Of a stretch of DNA of 64,000 nt, positions 56,056 to 64,000 are shown piece after piece. A program made the position numbers and the translations under genes. This DNA is from an uncultured Acidobacteriota bacterium (GTDB lineage: Bacteria > Acidobacteriota > Blastocatellia > RBC074). Each line of letters opens with the position of its first letter. Within the stretch, counting starts at the first letter, position 1. The notes under the pieces are model-generated. The model saw only the letters and a list, made by a program, of their open reading frames with translations, was not told the origin of the DNA and made no database searches. The stretch is taken from assembly GCA_963796275.1 (NCBI GenBank), contig CAWCKY010000006.1, forward strand, positions 1,888,001 to 1,952,000. Direction: 5' to 3'.

Positions 56056-59000
56056 ATGTACCAGCTTGCCAGTACCACTTTCATTATTATCCTTATCTTC
56101 TTCATCCCACTGAGTGCACAGGCGCCATCCGGTGAAATCAGCGGTGTGGTTTACGATCCGAGCGGATCGGTTGTCGCGGGTGTGAAGGTCACGCTCACAA
56201 ACCCGGCGACTAATGCCGTCCGGGAAGTCGCCACCAACGAATCGGGACTCTATGCCATTCCGGCCATACCCCCCGGAGTCTATATACTAAAGGTCGAAAA
56301 GACCGGTTTCCGCGCGGTCGAGCGCAGGAACATCGAGGTGCAGGTCGGAAGTTCGAACCGCATAGATCTGAATCTAGAGATCGGAGAGTTGACGAATGTC
56401 GTCGAAATCGCAGGTGGAGCTCCGGTGCTGCAGAGTGAGAACGCCTCGATCGGGACGGTGATCGAAAACCGAAGCGTGGTCGAGCTGCCGCTCAACGGAC
56501 GCAACTACCTGCAGCTAACCTCTCTTATTCCGGGAGCCACGACCAACGGGCCGTCCTCTAGCCAGGGTAAGCAGCGGATGGGAGGCCAGCGCAATAGCTT
56601 CGCGCTCAACGTCTCGGGTCAGCGCATCCATTACAACCATTACTCGCTCGACGGGATCGAGAACACCGACTTGAACTTCAACAGTTATATGTTGCTGCCG
56701 TCGGTCGATTCGATCAGGGAGTTCAAGGTCGAGTCCGGACTTTTCGATGCCGAATATGGCCGAGCGATAGCGCAGATTAACGTCTCGACCAAATCGGGTA
56801 CGAACCAGTATCACGGGACATTTTTCGAATTCCTGCGCAATTCGGCGCTCGACGCCAAGAACTATTTTGACCGTCCGAGCGAGCCGATCCCGCCTTTCAA
56901 GCGCAACCAGTACGGCCTGACTGTAGACGGGCCGGTTAAGCTGCCGCGTTTCGGCGAGGGAGGTCCGGCCTTTTACGACGGCAAGGACAGATTGTTCTTT
57001 CTCTTCAACTGGGAGGGGCTGCGCGAGCGCAAGGCGCTCACTCAAAACGTTTCGGCGCCTCTGACGCCGTGGCGCAGCGGTGATTTCTCCGGGATCTCGA
57101 ACGTTATCTATGATCCGGCAACGCGAGTTTTCGATGAGGATGGAAATGTGATCGGCGCGCCGACGCCGTTTCCCGGCAATATAATCCCCGATGATCGAAT
57201 TCATCCGGTCGCGAAGAAACTTCTCGGCTTCTTCCCGCTTCCGCAGCAGGAGCGAACCGGCGCCAATTTCATTAATAACGAAGCGCGGCGTATCAACGCG
57301 GACCAGTTCACCTACAGGATTGATTTTACCGAGAGCTCTAAATCGAACTGGTTCTTCCGCCACAGCATCTCGAACGAGCTCGGCTATGACCCCTTTGCGG
57401 TTCCGAATATGGGGATCAACACTGACACTGATGTACAACAGGGAGTGGTGGCCAATACGAGAACGTTCGGGGCGAACAAGGTCAACGACATACGTTTCGG
57501 CCTGAGCCGTCTGGTCAACGCTCACATCTCTCCGCGGGCAAACAATGTCAATGTGGTCAAAGATCTTGGCATCAACCTGCCGACCGATAATCCGCTTTAT
57601 TGGGGTGTGCCCAACATAACCATCACCGATATATCGGGCCCCGGTGAGGAGAGCGATGCTCCTTTCATCAATTACGACACCACCATTCAGTTGGTAGATA
57701 ATTTTTCCTGGACGGTCGGTACCCACTCCTTCAAATTTGGGGGCGAGATACGCCGCGTTCGGTATAACCAGATCGGCGGAGTCGTCACTCGCGGTCGTTT
57801 CAATTTCGACGGGCGGTACACGCAGAACCCTCGCCTGCCAACTGCTCAACTCGGCGGTTCGCCATTTGCCGACTTCCTGCTCGGCCACTTTAACCGATCC
57901 GAGGCGCAGGTCGGCGCCCCTGTCGCCAACTTCCGCTCGAACTATTTCGCGCTCTACTATCAGGACAATTGGAAAATCACGCCGAAGCTCACTCTCAACT
58001 ACGGGCTTCGCTGGGAGAACGATCAGCCATTCCTAGATAAGCACGACGCCATCGTCAACATCGATTTTCGCTGGGACAATTCGATGGAGCCGGTCTACGT
58101 CCGGGCCGGCACGGGAGATCCTTATGAGGGCAACCCCGCTTTTCCTTTGGCCTCCAATATCCAGTACGTACGTGATGGACGCTTCGGCAACCGGGCCTAT
58201 TTAAATGACCTGAACGATTTCGCTCCGCGTTTAGGTATCGCATACCAGATTACGCCGAAGACTGTATTGCGAACCGGCGCGGGCATCTATTACGTCCGTG
58301 ACATCGGTAACGCCATTTTCGATGTCGTCCGGAACGCGCCCTTCACGATTCGCCGCGACGAGCCGGCAGAGAGTTTCCGTCCCAACCTGAGTTACGAGCA
58401 GCCGTTCGCGCGCACCGGCGCACCGACCTTTATCCTGATCAATCAGTTCAATGAACGATCGTCCTACGTTGCTCAGTGGTCATTAGGACTGCAGCGCCAG
58501 GTGACCAACGACATGACGGTGGAGGCGACCTACTTCGGATCGGCCGGGATCAAGCTGCGACGGCTGATGAGTTACAACAATCCTGAGCCGAGCGAAATGC
58601 CCAACTCGAACATGGCGCGTCCGTTCCCGAAGTTCGGCAGCTTCCAGACTATGGCTGCGCCGAGCCACTCCAACTACAACGCGCTCTATCTCAAGGTTCA
58701 ACAGCGCTTTTCGCGCGGCCTGACTTTCCTCAGTTCTTTCGCATGGGGTAAGTCGATCGATAACGGCAGCGGCATCCGCACAACCGACGGCGACTCATTG
58801 ACTCCGTCGAACAACTATAACCTGGATCTCGAGCGCGGACTGTCGGCCTTCGATTTTCGCCGCCGCCTGACGACATCGTGGCTCTGGGAATTGCCGGTCG
58901 GGAAAGGGAAGCGGTTCCTGACCAGCGGAGGCATCGCTGATCTCGTATTGGGCGGATGGCAACTCGGAGGAATTCTGACATTTCAGGACGGGTTCCCTTT

Positions 59001-59409
59001 CACGGTGCTCTGCGGCACCGGTAATATCCAGAACGGCGGTGGAGTGTGTTACCCCGATTCCACGGGGGCGGACCCGAATCTGCCGAGCGATGAGCAGACC
59101 CGCACGCGCTTCTTCAACACAGCCGCTTTCGTCAATCGAACTGGCGATATCAGGCCTTTCCGTTACGGCACAACCGGGCGAAACTCGGTGACCGGTCCGG
59201 GTATCATCAGTTTCGACGCCTCGCTCAATAAGAAGTTCAACCTGACCGAGTCGAAGTTTCTGGAATTCAGAACCGAGATATTCAACCTACCGAACCATCC
59301 GATATGGAATCCGCCGGGTAATCAGATCGGGAATCCGACTTATGGTGTGATAACCAGCACCAGGATCGACTCGCGCCAACTCCAGTTCGCGTTGAAGCTG
59401 GTTATGTAA
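56056..59409 (+). CDS. TonB-dependent receptor (Oar-like)
   Basis: LPLNGRNY, FEFLRNSALDA, DFAPRLGIAY and RQLQFALK motifs. Confidence 0.93.
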   Translation: MYQLASTTFIIILIFFIPLSAQAPSGEISGVVYDPSGSVVAGVKVTLTNPATNAVREVATNESGLYAIPAIPPGVYILKVEKTGFRAVERRNIEVQVGSSNRIDLNLEIGELTNVVEIAGGAPVLQSENASIGTVIENRSVVELPLNGRNYLQLTSLIPGATTNGPSSSQGKQRMGGQRNSFALNVSGQRIHYNHYSLDGIENTDLNFNSYMLLPSVDSIREFKVESGLFDAEYGRAIAQINVSTKSGTNQYHGTFFEFLRNSALDAKNYFDRPSEPIPPFKRNQYGLTVDGPVKLPRFGEGGPAFYDGKDRLFFLFNWEGLRERKALTQNVSAPLTPWRSGDFSGISNVIYDPATRVFDEDGNVIGAPTPFPGNIIPDDRIHPVAKKLLGFFPLPQQERTGANFINNEARRINADQFTYRIDFTESSKSNWFFRHSISNELGYDPFAVPNMGINTDTDVQQGVVANTRTFGANKVNDIRFGLSRLVNAHISPRANNVNVVKDLGINLPTDNPLYWGVPNITITDISGPGEESDAPFINYDTTIQLVDNFSWTVGTHSFKFGGEIRRVRYNQIGGVVTRGRFNFDGRYTQNPRLPTAQLGGSPFADFLLGHFNRSEAQVGAPVANFRSNYFALYYQDNWKITPKLTLNYGLRWENDQPFLDKHDAIVNIDFRWDNSMEPVYVRAGTGDPYEGNPAFPLASNIQYVRDGRFGNRAYLNDLNDFAPRLGIAYQITPKTVLRTGAGIYYVRDIGNAIFDVVRNAPFTIRRDEPAESFRPNLSYEQPFARTGAPTFILINQFNERSSYVAQWSLGLQRQVTNDMTVEATYFGSAGIKLRRLMSYNNPEPSEMPNSNMARPFPKFGSFQTMAAPSHSNYNALYLKVQQRFSRGLTFLSSFAWGKSIDNGSGIRTTDGDSLTPSNNYNLDLERGLSAFDFRRRLTTSWLWELPVGKGKRFLTSGGIADLVLGGWQLGGILTFQDGFPFTVLCGTGNIQNGGGVCYPDSTGADPNLPSDEQTRTRFFNTAAFVNRTGDIRPFRYGTTGRNSVTGPGIISFDASLNKKFNLTESKFLEFRTEIFNLPNHPIWNPPGNQIGNPTYGVITSTRIDSRQLQFALKLVM

Positions 59410-59426
59410 AAGGAGGGCTTACATCC

Positions 59427-60461
59427 ATGAAGAATCTGTTTGTATGTGTAATTCTGATGTTTGCGGTTTTCAGCTTTGCACAACAACCGAAATCGAAGGC
59501 GCCGGAGCAGGGCTATGTGCCCGCAGGTTGGTACCCGCACGAAGGCGGGTTGCTCAAATACCGCGTCGCCATTCGTTTCGGGGAAGAGCCCGATACCATG
59601 CCTGATGGCTGGAAGTTCGGTCGCGTTTCCGCCGTCACGACCGATTCAAAAGGCGAGGTCTATGTTTTTCACCGAGGAAAGAAAGCAGATCCGCTCGTCG
59701 TCTTTGATGCCAAGGGAAATTATCTACGCTCGTGGGGGAGGGACTTTTTCGGGAACCCACACGGTCTGAGAGCGGATAAGGACGACAACATCTGGGCGGT
59801 CGATAACCGGAACCATCAGGTCTACAAGTTCACGAGGGACGGCAAGCTGCTTCAGTCGTGGGGCTCCAAAGGTGTGCCCGGAACTGATGACAAGACGTTC
59901 AACAGTCCGACGGACATAGCTTTTGCAGCGAACGGCGATTTCTATATCTCAGACGGTTACGTCAATTCACGTGTAGTGAAGTTCAACAGGGACGGTAAGT
60001 ATCTGCTCTCCTGGGGCAAGAGGGGAAGCGCGCCGGGCGAATTCCATACCGTCCATTCCGTCGGTGTAGACTCCAAAGGCCGGGTTTACGTGAGCGATAG
60101 GGAGAACAATAGGATCCAGATATTCAATTCGAACGGAGAATTTATAAAGCAATGGACTCATCTTGGCGCCACCCAGGGTCTGTTCATTACTCCGAACGAT
60201 GAGTTGTGGATCATCACTCACCGCAACAATGTTGAGAACATCACCTACGACACTCTGGCGGGCCGGATAATGAAGATCGATCTTGAATCGGGCAGAGTTC
60301 TCGGAGCAATGGAGAGCCCCGGTCATATGATTACTTTAGCAAAGAGCGGAGAGCTGTTTGTCGCGAGTCTTACAGGCAATCTCTTTCGCTGGTATCCGGA
60401 TTGGCTCACAAACGATGCCGCTGCCAGGGCCGAGGAGAAAGGACCACCGCAACAGCAATAA
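59427..60461 (+). CDS. Secreted NHL-repeat beta-propeller (peptidyl-alpha-hydroxyglycine lyase-like)
   Basis: PHGL, FNSPTDIAF, ISDGYVNSRV and VSDRENNRIQIF motifs. Confidence 0.88.
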   Translation: MKNLFVCVILMFAVFSFAQQPKSKAPEQGYVPAGWYPHEGGLLKYRVAIRFGEEPDTMPDGWKFGRVSAVTTDSKGEVYVFHRGKKADPLVVFDAKGNYLRSWGRDFFGNPHGLRADKDDNIWAVDNRNHQVYKFTRDGKLLQSWGSKGVPGTDDKTFNSPTDIAFAANGDFYISDGYVNSRVVKFNRDGKYLLSWGKRGSAPGEFHTVHSVGVDSKGRVYVSDRENNRIQIFNSNGEFIKQWTHLGATQGLFITPNDELWIITHRNNVENITYDTLAGRIMKIDLESGRVLGAMESPGHMITLAKSGELFVASLTGNLFRWYPDWLTNDAAARAEEKGPPQQQ

Positions 60462-60611
60462 ATAACAACAATAAATATTTGATGCAGCACGCAAAGCTGC
60501 CCAAGAATGTCGAAGAGAAAGTAAGAAGAATAGGAGGAAACTCTGTGACCGACTATTCTTCTTTTTTCTCTTCTTTGTCTTAACGGCTCTGCGTTAGATA
60601 TCTGACAATTT

Positions 60612-62696
60612 TTACTTGTGATGATGTTTAGACGGCGTGGCGGCTAACGGCGGATTGCTGTTTGTACCTTCAGCTGCGGATGTCACGTTCGAATCGTTAA
60701 CCGATGAGACGACGTAATAATAGGTCTTTCCGTTCTCCAGCCGCACGTCGTTGAATCTGGGCGACCGCAGGTTCCGGCCGACTACGGTAAATGGTCCCCA
60801 CGGCGAACTGCCGCGGCGCACGTTGTACCCGCACGCGCCGCTAACCGGCTCCCAGCTCAACTTCACATGCTTGTTGCTCGCCCGCGCCCTCAGCCCCACC
60901 GGGGCTTCGAGCGGCATCGTCCCCGACAGCCCGGCTACGGCGCCGTACTTGGAGTTGCGGTTGACGTCGGTAATATCATCGGTCAGGCCCCAGCTTCCGA
61001 AGCGGTTGTAGGCAGAGACAAGCGCAAACTGCATAAACAAATCCCCGCCACCATTCGAAAGATTGAACCAGTGGTCGGCCAGATTGCTTCGCGATAGCTC
61101 GCCGTTTCGCTGCGAACGCTCGGCGCGTATGCGATTGGCGATATTGTTCTCAAAGATGAACTGCGAGTTGACATCGCCCGTCGCGGAGCCGCTCTCATAG
61201 GTCATCGCTTTGATGTTGAATGCCCGCGCCACGTCGATGAAACGTTGTCTATCGTTATCGCTGCCATTGAGATCGGCTTCCATGGCGGCCAGTATCTCAT
61301 CGACCGTCGCCACCGGGTTCTGGAAGATCGACCCTCCCACGCCGAAGTAGGCCGTCGTGGCAATTCCGTAGATGTATTGGCTCGGATCGCCATATTGTGC
61401 GTGCAACCATTGCAGCATCTCGTCGTATTCCTGCGGCTGGATTGCCCACCACGACAATACTGGCCGAATGCGCGTCGTCGCGCGATGGCCGAAGGCATCA
61501 CAGAAGACCGCGCGGAACTTGTCGCCGATCTCTTTGGTGCGGCGCGCGTGTCGCCGGCGGGCCCATACCTCTTCGCGATTGGGTCGGCCTCCGCCCGTGT
61601 TGGCCGATACGTCCGGGATGTTCAAATTCGAATTCGGAGAAATTTGTGTGCAGGCGGGTTCGGCGGCGAACGGCGCGGCGTAATTGTCGCAGACCTCATC
61701 GCGCGCCGCGGCCTTGTTCCAGACGTATTGCCCGAAGCCGAAATTCCAGACTTCGTTGCTGTATTCCAGATAGAGATTGAGATCCGGATTTACTCGGTCG
61801 CGCATCAAGCGCGCCAGCTCTTCAATGTATTCGTCACTCGCTTCGGCCGGGATATTGATCCACAGGTCGCGGTTGCTCAGATTGCCGATCAGCGCGACAT
61901 ACTCCCAGGCATAACCGAAAGATTGTCCCGATGACTCTTGTGTCGCATCTGTTACTTTGCGCCGATCATCCCAATCGATCCAGTCGCCCGTTCCATAAAA
62001 GATCCTGTGATTGGTCTCAAGAAAATCCATATAGCGAACGACGCTGAATGGGCGCAGGGCCGAGAGAATAGGCGATGTCAAAATCTGCTGTGAATCGCGC
62101 GGTACGCCGGGCCGCGATAAGCGCAGGTTGGATATCCCCGTATTCTGCAGGCTATCGGGTGTGCGGCGTGTGTTCTGGAAATTGAGGACGATCAAGCCTG
62201 ATGCGTTGTTCGCGGCAGTGATCTCGGCGCGCAGGACATTCACCTCAGCCGTAGTCGTGTTTGAAACCGGGTCGTAGACGATGTTGCTCACTTCGGCCAG
62301 GCCGCCGGCAGTCAAGTCGGCTGAGCCGTTGAATGAGACGAGATATGTGCCGAAAACATCGACTTGATACCGCTCTGGGTCGTCAATAAACTGCGCCGGA
62401 AAGTTCCAGGCATTGGTCGGGCGATAATCGAAGATCACGGTCCACGCATCGGAAACCGGCCATCCCTGTACGTCCAGGGGCGCTGCTTCATTGACGTCGA
62501 ACCTGCGCCACTCGCGGAAGGTCTTGGCCGCGTCGGTTAAAAACAGGCCGCGGCCGTCGCCGATGCCGATGCCGATCTTGCCAGGATAGGTCTGTCCGTG
62601 CACAGCACTGCGTTCGGCGATAATGGGCAGCACCGCGAGAACGATGAGTAAAGCCGTACGGATGGGGGTTTTGTTGGCGAGGATCGCTTTCTTCAT
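60612..62696 (-). CDS. Secreted putative glycoside hydrolase-like protein with a C-terminal FN3 domain
   Basis: Signal peptide; WINIP, YLEYSNEVWN and MTYESG motifs; FN3 LSW...YNV.R...YYYVVSSVN. Confidence 0.7.
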   Translation of the reverse strand: MKKAILANKTPIRTALLIVLAVLPIIAERSAVHGQTYPGKIGIGIGDGRGLFLTDAAKTFREWRRFDVNEAAPLDVQGWPVSDAWTVIFDYRPTNAWNFPAQFIDDPERYQVDVFGTYLVSFNGSADLTAGGLAEVSNIVYDPVSNTTTAEVNVLRAEITAANNASGLIVLNFQNTRRTPDSLQNTGISNLRLSRPGVPRDSQQILTSPILSALRPFSVVRYMDFLETNHRIFYGTGDWIDWDDRRKVTDATQESSGQSFGYAWEYVALIGNLSNRDLWINIPAEASDEYIEELARLMRDRVNPDLNLYLEYSNEVWNFGFGQYVWNKAAARDEVCDNYAAPFAAEPACTQISPNSNLNIPDVSANTGGGRPNREEVWARRRHARRTKEIGDKFRAVFCDAFGHRATTRIRPVLSWWAIQPQEYDEMLQWLHAQYGDPSQYIYGIATTAYFGVGGSIFQNPVATVDEILAAMEADLNGSDNDRQRFIDVARAFNIKAMTYESGSATGDVNSQFIFENNIANRIRAERSQRNGELSRSNLADHWFNLSNGGGDLFMQFALVSAYNRFGSWGLTDDITDVNRNSKYGAVAGLSGTMPLEAPVGLRARASNKHVKLSWEPVSGACGYNVRRGSSPWGPFTVVGRNLRSPRFNDVRLENGKTYYYVVSSVNDSNVTSAAEGTNSNPPLAATPSKHHHK

Positions 62697-63119
62697 ACTG
62701 ATGCCTCCTTGATGGTTGTTTGAGCTAAGCTTTCTGACATTAATGATCGGCTTTGTGATAACCGGATGACCCGTGGCCAGGTTAGATAAACGTTGCAGGT
62801 TTATTTACTACCCGACACCTTTCGATCGCTGTCAAGAGATGGGCGGCTGGTCACGCCCTGTTAATACAATTGAAGTTATTGATGAAGCTTGGAAGTAATA
62901 CGGTTAATAGTTAGTCATGGATGGCGATTTACCGTCAAGGCTAAAACTCATTCAATCGATTTTTCATTTTCATAGCTCCTTTTTCTTCAGAACCAGGGTT
63001 GCTCTTAATAACCCGGCCGTTTGAAAATGGAGTATGCCGACGCACAGCGCCGATTGAACTAAGCCTGGCCTTTCAATCTTCGCATACTGGCGATTGATGA
63101 AGTTCGATTGTCCAGTATC

Positions 63120-63945
63120 TCAATGGGAATCAAGAGGACTGCGTACGCCTAGGCCGCCGCGATTTAGCACGTGTGTGTAATCATCATCGTCGTCCGCACA
63201 TCCTGGTGACCGAGTAATACCTGAACTTACGAATGTCATAACTTGATTCCAGCAAATGTGTGGCAAAGCTGTGGCGGAATGTATGGCAGCCCGCATGTTT
63301 GCTGATTCCAGCATCGCGAATCGCACGTTTGACCGCCTTCTGCAGTGCTGATGGTTGAGATGATGGCGTCTTTCTATTCCTGAACGCGGGTCAATGGAGC
63401 GTTTCGAGGCTGGGAAAATATACTGCCATTTCCGTCACTTTTCGGCGTTCGGGTATTTTCGCGATAGCGCGTATGGCAGGTCAACCGTTCCGAATCCTTC
63501 ACGAACATCTTCTTCGTGCAAAGGGTGATTTCCACCAGATGGTCTTTTAAACGATCATGCAACGAGCGCGGCAACATCGTCACACGATCCATATCGCCTT
63601 TAGCCTCACGCACGGTGATCTGGTGTCGCTCGAAATCAAAATCCTTTACACGCAGGCGAAGGCATTCCAGCAATCTGAGTCCCGAGCCATAGAGCAAACT
63701 GGCCATAAGACGATTAGTTCCGTTTAGCTGAGCGATGACCGATCGAGCTTCTTCAGGCGTAAAGACTTCATGTAACCGCGTCGTTTTCTTGGCTCGCTCA
63801 AACTGAGTAACCGGACCAATATCCTTGTGCAATACCTGTCCGTAGAGATATAAGAGCGTAGAGCGCCTGATTTTGTGTTGATGAAGTGACTGCAAGCTTG
63901 ACGGCGAGATGTGTGAGAAATTCGCGAATTTCTTCCAACCCTGGC
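63120..63945 (-). pseudogene. intI: Integron integrase, 5'-truncated with several frameshifts
   Basis: [31 protein letters not shown], the integron-specific [19 protein letters not shown] insertion, [12 protein letters not shown] and YTHVLNRGGLGVRSPLD. Confidence 0.92.
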
Positions 63946-63949
63946 TCGG

Positions 63950-63975
63950 CGGCTTCGGTGCAACAGTTGTTAGGC
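63950..63975 (+). mobile_element. attC/attI-like right half-site
   Basis: CGGTGCAACAGTTGTTAGGC ends in a GTTRRRY core (63969-63975); an ATG follows at the window edge. Confidence 0.5.
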
Positions 63976-64000
63976 GCAGATATACAAGAAGCTAATGATG

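Noticed and set aside
53028-57888. Long antisense ORFs (e.g. 53028..53882, 56515..57888)
   Set aside because: Shadow frames of GC-rich genes with no recognisable motifs
50059-62903. AAGTAATACGG shared upstream of two glycan-active genes
   Set aside because: Single 11-mer in opposite orientation relative to the two genes; insufficient support

Overview
64 kb of bacterial DNA with strong Acidobacteriota hallmarks, probably Blastocatellia-like (inference from gene families). There are no rRNA, tRNA or CRISPR features. Left half: six duplicated MacB/FtsX 'orphan' ABC permease (ADOP-type) genes (five apparently intact, one with a nonsense codon), two ADOP remnants and four acidobacterial PadR loci, but no ABC ATPase or membrane-fusion gene. 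The intergenic DNA shows two promoter classes. One is sigma70-type with paired 6-5-6 inverted-repeat operators; the other is a three-copy sigma54(-24/-12)/IHF/UAS module that also precedes a secreted NTF2-like gene. Middle: a TIR (Cap12/Pycsar-type) protein fused to a beta-barrel, with no cyclase in the window, sits directly beside a decayed integron integrase N-terminus that the ORF track does not show. Right half: two TonB-dependent receptors, fascin-GH16, GH43-ricin, an unclassified GH-A-like protein, a membrane-anchored regulator, a stand-alone ketosynthase, an exosortase paired with a VIT/vWA target carrying a GSEP-CTERM tail, a PSCyt/PSD1-DUF1501-TBDR-NHL operon and a second degraded integron integrase. 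Five single-base homopolymer insertions look like long-read errors. All family calls are from motif recognition; no searches were run.
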